64,000 bases of DNA from a virus. Lineage: Duplodnaviria; Caudoviricetes. The notes beneath the pieces were generated by a model that saw nothing but the letters and a program-made list of their open reading frames with translations, was not told where the DNA came from and ran no database searches. Below are positions 46,948 through 56,645 of this stretch, piece by piece; within the stretch, counting starts at the first letter, position 1, and every line of letters begins with the position of its first letter. The stretch spans positions 498 to 64,497 of the IMG/VR virus record IMGVR_UViG_3300036944_001223; one strand, written 5' to 3'. A program made the position numbers and the translations under genes.

Positions 46948-47207
46948 GGCTGACCACTGTTCATGGCGAGCATAAAGCGAACGTCATTATTACAATGTTC
47001 AATTTATCTAAGTCTGGGCAGCTCAATATGACTAAAAAATCTATTTTAACGTTAGCGTCAATTGACTCGGCAGAGGACATTCTTAAATTATCCGTCGACG
47101 AAAATGCTGACACTATTTTTATCAGTGGCTGCTCACAAGATCTACTGGATAAGCTCAATAAAACCCTACCAGCAGACACTATTGTTATTGCCGCCATGCG
47201 CGGATAA
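46944..47207 (+). CDS. Hypothetical protein
   Basis: ATGA coupling. Confidence 0.6.
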   Translation: MRLTTVHGEHKANVIITMFNLSKSGQLNMTKKSILTLASIDSAEDILKLSVDENADTIFISGCSQDLLDKLNKTLPADTIVIAAMRG

Positions 47208-47216
47208 GGTGATTTT

Positions 47217-47819
47217 ATGTATAGACGTTATTTTAAAGTTGTTAGCGGCCCGTTTGTTGATGAAGTTCTTAAAATTCGCGAGCACCAAATTGAGACGCAC
47301 AAAAAGTTTCAAGAACTGGCTTTATCTATTGGTGCAGAAGGTTGCGCTATTTATGATGCTGGCGGATTAGCTGGCTTTATGTTCGAATCCGAACCTGACA
47401 TGAAAATTTACCGTAGCAAAGCCAATTACTATTTGCCGCGGAAAAATGTTGCAGAAGGTAAAGCTATTTGGAAGCTTATTGATGCCTTACCAAAATGTCG
47501 CTCAGTAAATAATGCTTTGCGCCTAGTGGGGCTGCCCCCTGACTTTCCTTGCATTTTTGGAGAAGGAAAAGCTTATTCTTGCACTTTTTGTGGCAGCTAC
47601 TATGAGAAAGTATTTTTTATTACCATTCCATGGAAGGACGTCGATCCTGAAGAGATGGCCCAATATCTAAAAGATAGAGAAGCAGGAAAACGTTGCTGCT
47701 CAGAATTGGATTATCTTCAGTATGTGCCGCACGAATCTATGGTTGAAGTGAAGGAGTGGGAAAGGCTCAAATACATGGATGAAATGATAGAGCGCGAAAA
47801 AGAAAGAAAAGAAGGTTAA
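47217..47819 (+). CDS. Hypothetical phage early protein
   Basis: RYFKV, PRKN..EGK, E.KEWE motifs; AAGGTG RBS. Confidence 0.65.
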   Translation: MYRRYFKVVSGPFVDEVLKIREHQIETHKKFQELALSIGAEGCAIYDAGGLAGFMFESEPDMKIYRSKANYYLPRKNVAEGKAIWKLIDALPKCRSVNNALRLVGLPPDFPCIFGEGKAYSCTFCGSYYEKVFFITIPWKDVDPEEMAQYLKDREAGKRCCSELDYLQYVPHESMVEVKEWERLKYMDEMIEREKERKEG

Positions 47820-47831
47820 TACCAATAAATA

Positions 47832-47859
47832 AAAGGCCACTCAAGCGAGTGGCCTTTTT
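47832..47859. terminator. Bidirectional terminator
   Basis: AAAGGCCACTC-aagc-GAGTGGCCTTT between convergent genes. Confidence 0.85.
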
Positions 47860-47860
47860 G

Positions 47861-50467
47861 TTAATACTCGCTTCTAGACTCGTAATTATAGCAGCCGGGA
47901 TCAATCGGCTTAACGAAAGCCTGCAACTCGCTGCAATAGCTTGTGGCGGGGTCCCTAAAGCGACATTTACCGCAAGTGTTATCAATCGCTAGCTGAATTT
48001 TAATATCTTCTAACACTGACGTTGTTGAGCTTGGTATAGCTATTGCTTTAGGGCTGTATTCTCTCTCTGGCTCTGAATCAGGCATGATAAATGTACTCGT
48101 TCCGTGGGCTCGGCTCCATGCAACATCGCATAGCATGTTTGCATAGCTAAAGTGAGGATCGATACCCACTTTTTTTACGCTGCGGCGATACTGGTTAGTT
48201 TCCTCATCTTTCTCGGCCACCAGCGCTGTCTTGGTGAAGTGATGGAACATGCGAGGTAATACCGGAGCCAATTGCTTCTGGCCCTTCTCTACGACCTCCT
48301 GAACTAATCCCATAGGGTCTGGAAATAGGCAGTGTGGCTCATCAGCAGTAAACCGGCTCATTGATACTTGCATGCACTTATACTGATCCATGCGCAAAGT
48401 GTATCGGTCTTGAGCCTCGTCGTCTGTCCGGCGATCGGAGGTGCCCATTTTTGGCGTATCACCCCATCGGATCATATCCTCTTGTAATGATCCAAAGGAG
48501 TTACAAATAAAAACTCTTCCGGGGTATTTGTTAGCAAACTTTTTGGCGTCGTTATAGTTAGGGTTGATCTCAACAACGCAGACGGCCACGCCGTATATTT
48601 CCATCAGCTCACCAGAGCGAGCAAACGGATCAGCGTCATAGATTTCCTCAACGTGGACCACGGCTTGGCGCCCGTCCTTTAAACGCTCTTTGATCACAAT
48701 AACGTTGAAGTTACCCATTTGGTCGATGCCCATATAGCAGCCTTGCCCACGGCTCTTCCATACAACTCCGGCTTCTCTGCCAGCTTTGACGCAATTAGCT
48801 AGATGATCCAAGTTGACAGGGACCTGTGACGGATCAAGGTAGGGTTTGCCCAGCTTACGATTGAAAAAGTTTTTCATATCAGTAGCGGTGTTATAAGAGA
48901 AAATTATTTCACCTGGGCTGATCGTCGGGCTAAGGAACTGAGGAAAATGAATCGACGTTATTGGAGCCTCGCCGGCTAAGTTGTCTGGCGCGTCGGGTAC
49001 CCATTCGCCAATCTGAGGATCATCTATCCACCCGCCGCAACTATGGCAAACATATCGATGACGTTCGCATGAGCTGTCATATTTTATACAGTCGGGGAAA
49101 TACTCATCAAGCGGCTTGCTCTCACCGCAATCTGGGTTAGGGCACCTAGTTTGAAATCGATGCTGACTGCCGCGCTTATACCAGTGGTGAATATCACTGT
49201 CGGGCCAATTTGCAGTGGAGCCCATCAATGTGTAACGAATAGAACTTGCTGACAAACGTTCGCGAGTTTTTTCCATCTGCTCGAGCGTCATTTCTTGCAC
49301 TTCATCAAACGATAGAATATCCATCGGGATTGATTCAGTAGTCGCCCGTCCTGAGGTCCAACTAAAAACAAACATAGCCTCACCGATGCGGCGCGTCCTT
49401 ACGTTACCCTCTCCAGTTTTCCTGCCGCTACCGTCTGCTGAGTCCATGCTCATTAGCTGGTGAGCCGCGGGGATCGTTCTGACTATTGGCATAAAACGTT
49501 CTGACGACTTTAAGCCGGCTAGATTCATGTCTGGCAAAAACATACCAACGATCGCGGGTTGAAATTTTAGCCCCAAGTAAATAACGGCTAGCATTTCCAT
49601 GATCGTAAAGCCCACCTGGGCACATTTCATTAAAACTAGCGTCTTACGGAACGCTTCGGCAGCAGTGCTGGGGATTTGCTCATAAATCCATGCCATTGCT
49701 GGCCGGTTATCAAGCGTGAATGGCCTGCCGTCCACTTTTAGCCCATCAACTTCTAACCTTCGGCACCATTCTAAGAACGTCTCGTTAGTGCCGATGATCC
49801 GGTGTGCTGCGGTCATTTCTATTGCAACGTCAAGGAATTGGTTTTCAAATCGCTGGTCATATTCAAGATCAGTAACTGACATAGCAAGCTCAGCCGTCTC
49901 TTTGGGTAGGAATGGGTTTGAAAATGATGGAATGCTAGTGCAGCTCCAAAATTCAGGATCTTGCTGAGCAATTTGGTATAACTGATAGAAATCGTTCTTT
50001 TTGCCATAGGCATCGGAAAAGAACCATGCAGATCCTGAGTGTTCTTTCAGTGACTGACTAAGCTCCAACCACTGATTCATGAAGTCGGGCACGCGCCGGA
50101 CATCGTCGATAACGACTAGGCCGAATTGCTCGGTCTTGTCAGGTTTCTCATCCATCGAGTACATAAAAATAGAATTGCCATTGATAAGCTCGATCTGGCG
50201 GCGGCTAGCTAGGCGTTTAATAAGCGGCTCCACAGCCTTCATAATCAACAACCTTACTTCAGCAAGCCTATCCTTGCTGGACGTAAAGAAAGCCACCGGA
50301 GCCTTGCCTTGGGCGGCCCCGTAGTCACTTGTGATTAGCGCCTCAATAGCTAAAGTCGTTTTTCCTGAATCTTCCCCGCCAACAACAACGTTAAAACGCC
50401 GAGCATTAGTTAATGCTTGGCGCTGTTCCTCGAATGGTTTGGGTAATTTTATTTTGTACTCGGCCAT
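47861..50467 (-). CDS. terL: Terminase large subunit (gpA-like) with extra N-terminal degenerate ATPase domain
   Basis: KCAQVGFT, FDEVQ, GST, CPNPDC/CHSC, LGKPY, GIDQMG, DPHF; N-terminal GGEDSGKTT and VVIDD. Confidence 0.9.
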   Translation of the reverse strand: MAEYKIKLPKPFEEQRQALTNARRFNVVVGGEDSGKTTLAIEALITSDYGAAQGKAPVAFFTSSKDRLAEVRLLIMKAVEPLIKRLASRRQIELINGNSIFMYSMDEKPDKTEQFGLVVIDDVRRVPDFMNQWLELSQSLKEHSGSAWFFSDAYGKKNDFYQLYQIAQQDPEFWSCTSIPSFSNPFLPKETAELAMSVTDLEYDQRFENQFLDVAIEMTAAHRIIGTNETFLEWCRRLEVDGLKVDGRPFTLDNRPAMAWIYEQIPSTAAEAFRKTLVLMKCAQVGFTIMEMLAVIYLGLKFQPAIVGMFLPDMNLAGLKSSERFMPIVRTIPAAHQLMSMDSADGSGRKTGEGNVRTRRIGEAMFVFSWTSGRATTESIPMDILSFDEVQEMTLEQMEKTRERLSASSIRYTLMGSTANWPDSDIHHWYKRGSQHRFQTRCPNPDCGESKPLDEYFPDCIKYDSSCERHRYVCHSCGGWIDDPQIGEWVPDAPDNLAGEAPITSIHFPQFLSPTISPGEIIFSYNTATDMKNFFNRKLGKPYLDPSQVPVNLDHLANCVKAGREAGVVWKSRGQGCYMGIDQMGNFNVIVIKERLKDGRQAVVHVEEIYDADPFARSGELMEIYGVAVCVVEINPNYNDAKKFANKYPGRVFICNSFGSLQEDMIRWGDTPKMGTSDRRTDDEAQDRYTLRMDQYKCMQVSMSRFTADEPHCLFPDPMGLVQEVVEKGQKQLAPVLPRMFHHFTKTALVAEKDEETNQYRRSVKKVGIDPHFSYANMLCDVAWSRAHGTSTFIMPDSEPEREYSPKAIAIPSSTTSVLEDIKIQLAIDNTCGKCRFRDPATSYCSELQAFVKPIDPGCYNYESRSEY

Positions 50468-50499
50468 TTAGATTTAGAGGTGAATGACAAGAATGATTA

Positions 50500-50508
50500 A
50501 TCATACCA
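50500..50508 (-). promoter_or_regulatory. Extended -10 promoter candidate for terminase
   Basis: TGGTATGAT just past terminator 50512-50536. Confidence 0.45.
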
Positions 50509-50511
50509 CAT

Positions 50512-50536
50512 AAAAAACCCCGCTATGCGGGGTTTT
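50512..50536 (-). terminator. Intrinsic terminator
   Basis: CCCCGC/GCGGGG stem with T6 on minus strand. Confidence 0.75.
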
Positions 50537-50548
50537 GAAATGCTATTT

Positions 50549-50995
50549 TTATGACTTAATTGATGCGGATCCTAAATTAATAGTTCGATGTTCTCCCCTC
50601 TCCCATCCCATAGCTGTTTTTACAAAGCCATCGGCTTCCATACACGCTGGATAAAGCTCCTTGATACGATGATAGCACCCTGTGCCATCAGCACTAAGCA
50701 GGGTACAAAGCTCATCCCAGTTATCGAGAATAGGGCCGAATCGAGGGAATTTATCCTTGATAAACGGGAAAGCTTCTTTGATCTGAGGTACTTCATCAAC
50801 TAAAGCCTTGCAACGACGAAAATCGCTAGCGTCTGACGGTATGTCGAAACGCCAAAAATGATCGTTATCTTTATGGCTCACGTTCATAGCCAGCATGGCC
50901 ATTGTTTTAGATGAGGTGCCGACATTACTGGTTAAGCACCAGATCAATAATGCTTCTTTACTCTCTTGCGACAACTCAAAAAATTTACTTTCCAT
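50549..50995 (-). CDS. Hypothetical phage protein, paralogue of 2463-2822
   Basis: G.SSKTM, P.D.SDFRRC..LV..VP, WDELC. Confidence 0.75.
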   Translation of the reverse strand: MESKFFELSQESKEALLIWCLTSNVGTSSKTMAMLAMNVSHKDNDHFWRFDIPSDASDFRRCKALVDEVPQIKEAFPFIKDKFPRFGPILDNWDELCTLLSADGTGCYHRIKELYPACMEADGFVKTAMGWERGEHRTINLGSASIKS

Positions 50996-51015
50996 TGTTA
51001 AATCCCCATTTAGTT

Positions 51016-51285
51016 TTATTCACACTTTGCCATATAAAACGCTTGGCCAGTTTTTTGATGATACGAGTCTATCGACAACGTGCTATCCCGTCCGTAGGTT
51101 GTCCCGTCCTGAAAAACCGCGCACATTCTTGCAGGCTCATTATGCTGCATCATCGGCAGCTTGCCGTTGAACATGGCAATAATGTAGCTGCCAAAGAAAG
51201 CGTAAAGGCACAAGGCCGTTACGCATCCAATCACTAAGCCGATTAATTTATTCACTAAGAAGTTTAGCATCGTAAAGCTTTCCAA
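51016..51285 (-). CDS. Small membrane protein
   Basis: Hydrophobic N-terminus; exact start uncertain. Confidence 0.5.
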   Translation of the reverse strand: MESFTMLNFLVNKLIGLVIGCVTALCLYAFFGSYIIAMFNGKLPMMQHNEPARMCAVFQDGTTYGRDSTLSIDSYHQKTGQAFYMAKCE

Positions 51286-52333
51286 TAATTAATGGCGCAC
51301 CGGGTATAAATTCTTGCGATGGATGACAGCCAATCTGCAGCATAACAGAGTCAATTTTCTTTTCTCTTTGAGATATATTATTGATTGGATGCACAAATAG
51401 GTGATTTTCTACAATAAATCCTAGTTCTTTATGCTCAAAAACAACCGATTCTTCATTTACTAATAAAGCAACATAGTTTCCAGTAGCGGTTGAAAATTCC
51501 ATGCCAACCTTTACTTTTTTACCGGCATCTGCCATTGCTTGGGTGAAGATTGGACGCTGAACATTAACAGCTAGCGCTTCAACTTGCTGCGCCGTGTTGT
51601 CATAGTGCAATCCTTCATTTCCGTTTTGCATAATGACCTTCATTCGCAATTCTTCTGCTGCCATTTTTTTGCAGTAGGATGTAAATTCTTTTATTGTGCA
51701 AATAACTTTCCAGTAATCATCCCCAATGTCGTTAGTGAAGATTGCGTTAGTGTAACAACCAAGGCTGAATCGCTCGTATGCTTTAGTGCAGATAACCAAC
51801 TGTTTATGATTACCATCTTCTATAGGGTTGGTTAGATTTTGAAGCGATCCATTTAAATCCACCCACGCCTTATGGATTGCTGCTTCTTTTTCGATAATAT
51901 CAGACATAGCTTGCTGCTCGTTATAACCGATCATTCTTTCATCGAACTTCAATTGATGATTGGTTGTTTTATAAACTACAAGCTCCATAGTATCAGCACC
52001 AAGATAAGGGCGCCAAAAAGCAACAGGGATTTTACCTGGCGGAAGGTCGTCACCAAGGCGCCAATCTAGCCCATCAGCATCGCGCCCAAACAACACTTTA
52101 CCACCAACCAGTAATACTTCTTTAGGCCCTGAGAAATTAGGCTCAAAACCTTCGTTATCACGATAGGCAATAGAAAACGCAAAGCAGTCTTGGTACATAT
52201 CAGGGTTTTCAATCAAAGTTTTATCATCGACTTTGTACCAATGAGATACGCAACCACAGATAATTGCAGTATCATGCTCATTCAAATGGAAACCTTTCTT
52301 AGCTAATTCAATGACACTATTACATTTATTCAT
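51248..52333 (-). CDS. Mosaic hypothetical protein
   Basis: 361-aa ORF with RBS; VICT..EF and IFTQAMAD.G modules. Confidence 0.7.
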   Translation of the reverse strand: MNKCNSVIELAKKGFHLNEHDTAIICGCVSHWYKVDDKTLIENPDMYQDCFAFSIAYRDNEGFEPNFSGPKEVLLVGGKVLFGRDADGLDWRLGDDLPPGKIPVAFWRPYLGADTMELVVYKTTNHQLKFDERMIGYNEQQAMSDIIEKEAAIHKAWVDLNGSLQNLTNPIEDGNHKQLVICTKAYERFSLGCYTNAIFTNDIGDDYWKVICTIKEFTSYCKKMAAEELRMKVIMQNGNEGLHYDNTAQQVEALAVNVQRPIFTQAMADAGKKVKVGMEFSTATGNYVALLVNEESVVFEHKELGFIVENHLFVHPINNISQREKKIDSVMLQIGCHPSQEFIPGAPLIIGKLYDAKLLSE

Positions 52334-52362
52334 AACTATCCCGTTAATTATTTAATGTTTAA

Positions 52363-52671
52363 TTAAGAATCAAGACCTTTTTTAATCTTCATGGTTTCTT
52401 GATTTATTTCGCGAGTTTCAACAATGTTGCCAGCCATCCAGCTCCAATCATTCTCATCAGCCAGCTCATCATCAAAATCAGGATCGCCACTGGTTAATTT
52501 CTCATAGATAAGAACATTCAACCCCTCAGGGTTTTTGATATCATGGTAACTGCAATGATCGAACAAACCATCACCAAAAGCAAAATCAACAAATGCCTCG
52601 TCAGGAGTATTACCCTCACCATAATGGTGAACAGTACCTTCAAATTCAATTGATGCCATGTATTTCATCAC
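52363..52671 (-). CDS. Hypothetical acidic protein
   Basis: Coupled in operon. Confidence 0.6.
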   Translation of the reverse strand: MMKYMASIEFEGTVHHYGEGNTPDEAFVDFAFGDGLFDHCSYHDIKNPEGLNVLIYEKLTSGDPDFDDELADENDWSWMAGNIVETREINQETMKIKKGLDS

Positions 52672-53144
52672 GGTTTCCTTATTTCAGCAGCGTGACGCAT
52701 TATATTGATGATCACATTGCGCATTTTTACATTATGAAGCCGACCATACTCAGGGACTGGAATAGTCATGATGGCTTTAATCAATTTTTCAGTGTGATCG
52801 GTGATTAATTGGTGATGCTTAGCCTTTTCATTGAACAGCTGAGTTTGAATTGCATCATATAATTTTTGCAGCTCATAATAATCAGCTACAGTTGGTTCTG
52901 GAGCCGGGCCATCAGTCCATGGCACATCTTCGCTGACTGCATGGCCAAGGCATTTACCTTCGGCGTCTTCGTTATCGCATCCCTCTGTGTGAAGATAGAT
53001 GCGGCCCATAGCCATCTGTTGTTTGAACTCTTCGCGTGCGACCACAGGGTCGCATTCAAACATGCTTTTCAATTGTTTATTTGTCATAGATAGCGCAGTG
53101 GCTATTTTCATTTGAACGTGCCACGACTTCACCACGTTATTCAT
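52668..53144 (-). CDS. Hypothetical protein
   Basis: CDN.D..G.CLGH metal-binding motif; AAGGA RBS. Confidence 0.65.
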   Translation of the reverse strand: MNNVVKSWHVQMKIATALSMTNKQLKSMFECDPVVAREEFKQQMAMGRIYLHTEGCDNEDAEGKCLGHAVSEDVPWTDGPAPEPTVADYYELQKLYDAIQTQLFNEKAKHHQLITDHTEKLIKAIMTIPVPEYGRLHNVKMRNVIINIMRHAAEIRKP

Positions 53145-53169
53145 ATTGGCGGTTCCTTATGTTGATCAA

Positions 53170-53292
53170 TTATCCAAAAAATTTAACTATTAAAATTACC
53201 GCAAGAGTAGCTAATGCCGCTCCGCCGAGAAACCCGCAAATTGCACCAAAGATAAGGCCAGTCTTAAATGCTTCTACTTCTTCACTTCCCAT
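53170..53292 (-). CDS. 40-aa single-TM protein (not in ORF track)
   Basis: AGAGG RBS; MGSEEVEAFKTGLIFGAICGFLGGAALATLAVILIVKFFG; fills the gap. Confidence 0.65.
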   Translation of the reverse strand: MGSEEVEAFKTGLIFGAICGFLGGAALATLAVILIVKFFG

Positions 53293-53301
53293 GTGCAACC
53301 T

Positions 53302-53586
53302 CTAAGCGATGATAATGATTCGTTGATTTAGATGGCATAGGTCATTCTCCACTTCACTATACCAACGCAAATAAAAAGCTTGATTACCAAATGTAGATCT
53401 CCACATCTTGCCGGGATACACTCCAGTAGGGACCGACCAAGAGTAATCACATAATGAGTTAAAATCCTTCAGGCTCATCAGTGCATGAGTGTCATCAATT
53501 AAGATGTTTTTAGGACTTGGCTGCGCCCAAGACCTTCCTGAACGAACGTCTATGGGTGGGATCTCGTTTTTATTTAAAGCGCTCAT
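53302..53586 (-). CDS. Hypothetical phage protein
   Basis: W.QP, L.DYS.SVPTGVYPGKMW. Confidence 0.7.
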   Translation of the reverse strand: MSALNKNEIPPIDVRSGRSWAQPSPKNILIDDTHALMSLKDFNSLCDYSWSVPTGVYPGKMWRSTFGNQAFYLRWYSEVENDLCHLNQRIIIIA

Positions 53587-53623
53587 TTAAGCCTCAGTAT
53601 GCTATAAAATCTTTGACTCACCC

Positions 53624-53652
53624 ATAATATAGCTCAAATTTGCTCAAGGCAA
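53624..53652 (-). promoter_or_regulatory. Sigma70-type early promoter with operator-like site in spacer
   Basis: TTGCCT-17-TATTAT; TCAAATTTGC at 53634. Confidence 0.65.
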
Positions 53653-53754
53653 GCATATTTTTTGATGCGCCCTATGCGTGCCCTGTAAAAACGAACAATG
53701 CCCATAAGCATTGCTGCTTACAGGCATTTTAAATTTACTTGATCTGATTTAGGA

Positions 53755-54090
53755 TCAGGCTTTCAAGCCTTGGAGATACTGGCCTTTCTGTACGGCGGCT
53801 TTAAATACTGCATGCCGCACTGCCGCCGCACGATCATCATAGTCTGCATAATACTCAATAACTCCATCATTTGTTCTGCACCACTTTGCACGACAGTAAT
53901 TATCAATTTTACTTGGATGAATCGTGATCCCGGCATTTACTGCTAATCTAAAGCTGTCTCCGTCGTCATTAACAGGATCCCAATTTCTAAAGTATCCATC
54001 AGGACTAAAAGGGTTTTCAACAAAAACACCTTCATCAACATTTATACTGGCGGATAAGGCCGCAAGCTCAAGTAGTTCACGTTCTTTCAT
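53755..54090 (-). CDS. NinX/DUF2591-like protein
   Basis: RELLELAA, WDP..DDGD.FRLAV, AVR.A..KAA. Confidence 0.6.
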   Translation of the reverse strand: MKERELLELAALSASINVDEGVFVENPFSPDGYFRNWDPVNDDGDSFRLAVNAGITIHPSKIDNYCRAKWCRTNDGVIEYYADYDDRAAAVRHAVFKAAVQKGQYLQGLKA

Positions 54091-54109
54091 TGCTGTTCCT
54101 TAATGATAA

Positions 54110-54523
54110 TTAAATAATGCCGTTTTCAAAATCAGCTTTACTTACAGCGGCAAACCTTTCGTTATAACCCTTCTCTAGCGTAGTCATTCTAGTTTTACAG
54201 CTTCTAGTGTGACCATCAACTAGCAGGTCAAAAGGATAAACTTTCAGCTCCTCACAACAGCGACCTTTTATACCCATTAATTCTTTCACGCCGATCAGCT
54301 TATAATCGCTATCTGGACGCCTATGATCCCACACATAACTACTAAATACATAATCAGAACCGTAGATTCCTTCTTTAGCTTTTAATCTCCGGATCATATA
54401 GTTTAAGTCAAGTCTACAATCAAAAGCGCTTCTGTGATACTCAAATTTAACGAACGTAAGATCGCAAATTGACTCATGCTCAACCCTGATCACTAACGAT
54501 GTGCCTGGAAATACAGTCCCCAT
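54110..54523 (-). CDS. Hypothetical protein
   Basis: TAATG coupling, strong RBS. Confidence 0.6.
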   Translation of the reverse strand: MGTVFPGTSLVIRVEHESICDLTFVKFEYHRSAFDCRLDLNYMIRRLKAKEGIYGSDYVFSSYVWDHRRPDSDYKLIGVKELMGIKGRCCEELKVYPFDLLVDGHTRSCKTRMTTLEKGYNERFAAVSKADFENGII

Positions 54524-54726
54524 TATTCCCCCTCGTCGCCTTGCCGGCGCTCTTGTTTCATTTGGATCGGCTGAAACTCACTCATCTTGTGCTTTCCGCA
54601 CCGCAAGCAGTCTAAATCCAGCCTCGCTTGGTCAATCATTGCCTGAGCAATCAGGTAACCGCAACTAGGGCAACAACGATGAGTCACTGCTTGATAAATA
54701 TTTATGACGTTACTTGAGTCAATCAT
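54523..54726 (-). CDS. Small Zn-finger protein
   Basis: CPSCG...CLRCG; start at ATG 54726 (MIDSS). Confidence 0.55.
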   Translation of the reverse strand: MIDSSNVINIYQAVTHRCCPSCGYLIAQAMIDQARLDLDCLRCGKHKMSEFQPIQMKQERRQGDEGE

Positions 54727-54739
54727 TTTAATGTCCCAT

Positions 54740-55240
54740 TCAATTAAAATATTTTTTAGTAACGCCCATAATAACCTGAAGAGGATTAGGTTCTGCACCT
54801 TGAGGGCAAATCCCTATCCTGAGCTCCAATCCATCAATGCTCACAGCCGCCCCATCTGCGTTGTATCCTGCAGCAACACCCTTGAACTGCATCGGTATTC
54901 CGCAATCGACGCAGTGGATCCTGATATCAGCGACGAACCTGCCAGTATCAGTAAGTCTTGCTACGCGAACATCGGTTCTAAAATTTTCATGTTTGCAAGT
55001 CGCTAAATTCATCTCAGCAAAATTAACCGGCTTTCCATTTAGCCGATCAATGCTATTAGCTGAAAGATCATCAATGCCTGATTTTGACACTGCCCAGTTG
55101 CCGTCCCAGTGAGAGAAAACGTAAGTGGCCCGTATCCCGCCACAACGGGATACCCTAATTTTGTCACCAGATTTTAGAACCAGCTTTGCATTTGCTGTTG
55201 CTTTCCGGCATAGGATAATTTGCTCTTCAGTCATTTTCAT
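54740..55240 (-). CDS. Two-module hypothetical protein
   Basis: KOW-like N-part plus C.H.NF...C..CG.P.QF C-part. Confidence 0.6.
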   Translation of the reverse strand: MKMTEEQIILCRKATANAKLVLKSGDKIRVSRCGGIRATYVFSHWDGNWAVSKSGIDDLSANSIDRLNGKPVNFAEMNLATCKHENFRTDVRVARLTDTGRFVADIRIHCVDCGIPMQFKGVAAGYNADGAAVSIDGLELRIGICPQGAEPNPLQVIMGVTKKYFN

Positions 55241-55746
55241 AGTTGGTTACCATTATCTTCCTTCATAAACACTAACCAGTGAGTAAGTCCTTTCCTTCCG
55301 GAAAGATGGCCAAAAAGAGGTTTTATAGGAACAAGCTCTAATACCTCCCTAACCTTTACTTGGGTTTCATTCCACTTGAAAACAAGCACACCATTAGGTT
55401 CAAGAACCCTAAAGCATTCACTAAACCCTTTAGCTAAATCTTCTTTCCAACTATCACTCAGTTTTCCGTATTTTGCAGCTAACCAACTTTTTGGCCCAGC
55501 TCTAACCAAGTGAGGAGGATCAAATGAAACCAGCTTAAATGAATTATCAGGAAAAGGCAGAGCGCGAAAATCCATTAACGTATCCGGCTCAATATTGATT
55601 GTGCGGGTGCCGCCTTCATTGCCATGGCTACGATCGGTAACCGTTATTGATTCACTACGTATATCGCCGAAAATAACAGATGGATTCTTTTTGTCAGCCC
55701 ACATCATTCGACTTCCGCAGCAAGGATCTAATATTAGCTTATTCAT
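55237..55746 (-). CDS. Small SAM-dependent methyltransferase
   Basis: ILDPCCGSRM, DFR.LPF.D.SF, FDPPH, ECFRVL. Confidence 0.85.
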   Translation of the reverse strand: MNKLILDPCCGSRMMWADKKNPSVIFGDIRSESITVTDRSHGNEGGTRTINIEPDTLMDFRALPFPDNSFKLVSFDPPHLVRAGPKSWLAAKYGKLSDSWKEDLAKGFSECFRVLEPNGVLVFKWNETQVKVREVLELVPIKPLFGHLSGRKGLTHWLVFMKEDNGNQL

Positions 55747-56645
55747 AGATCACTGGCCTTAGGCGTAGCAGTCAGTGAATAGGAGTGATCCTCGCCATTG
55801 ATCGTCACAGCTTTAACGTCGACGATGCCATTTGTCCACGTCGTCATCGTGTAGCTTTCCTCGGAGCAGCTGCTGGCTAGCTGCCAGTTTCCGGCCTTAG
55901 CCACGGCGCAAGTACCGGCCATCGAGTGAATCGCATTAAGTAGACGATAAACGTCATCTTTGTTTTTGCTGGTGGCGCGGATAGGTTCAATTTTTGTGTT
56001 TGGATTGATGGCGCTGACAGGATTTGCTGGAATTTTAGCGTTATCGCTTAAAGTCAACGCCTTTAGTGCTGTTTCATAGCACTTCTTCAGGCCATATTTA
56101 GCAGTGCCTTTATCGCAGGCCGACTTGAAGTAAAACTTTGCATCGTTTTTAATACTATCAAGCGCCTCAGTTACCTGAATGTGCACTGGCGAATTTAAAT
56201 ACCCATGCTCAACACTAAGCCACTCGTTAGCTAAAGCTAATTTGCTATGAAGCATTTTAAGCTGCTCAGCCTGCTGGGTGATTAGTTTTTGTTGCGCCGC
56301 ATTCTCCGCGATTAGCTGGTCATACTTGTAAATTTTATTAAGCGCCTCACCGAAATGCTTAACATATTCATCCGTCGAGTCTCCCCAAGAATTGACCATG
56401 CAAACCTGCTCAGGATGACTATCCGGAAATTCTTCCTCAATAGCACCTTCAGTCATAAAATACTCACGCTCAATAGCGTGCAACTTATCAGCAAAGTCTT
56501 TGCAGTGTGTCGCGCACGTTAGTGTTACGTGGTGTTCGCAACTAGGTCCTACGCCAAATAATTCACGTATTCTGTCAAACATTCTTGCTTTATTTGCTAG
56601 TTCAGTCATTGCTAGATACCTTCTTTTTATCCCATTCACCGCCAA
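55743..56645 (-). CDS. Mosaic Ead/Ea22-type hypothetical protein (likely start MTEL)
   Basis: Central coiled coil with L.AENA; coupled ORF. Confidence 0.55.
   Translation of the reverse strand: MAVNGIKRRYLAMTELANKARMFDRIRELFGVGPSCEHHVTLTCATHCKDFADKLHAIEREYFMTEGAIEEEFPDSHPEQVCMVNSWGDSTDEYVKHFGEALNKIYKYDQLIAENAAQQKLITQQAEQLKMLHSKLALANEWLSVEHGYLNSPVHIQVTEALDSIKNDAKFYFKSACDKGTAKYGLKKCYETALKALTLSDNAKIPANPVSAINPNTKIEPIRATSKNKDDVYRLLNAIHSMAGTCAVAKAGNWQLASSCSEESYTMTTWTNGIVDVKAVTINGEDHSYSLTATPKASDL

Noticed and set aside
47861-50467. Intein or intron as the cause of terminase length
   Set aside because: No C/S...HN splice motifs or homing endonuclease; extra length is an N-terminal ATPase-like domain
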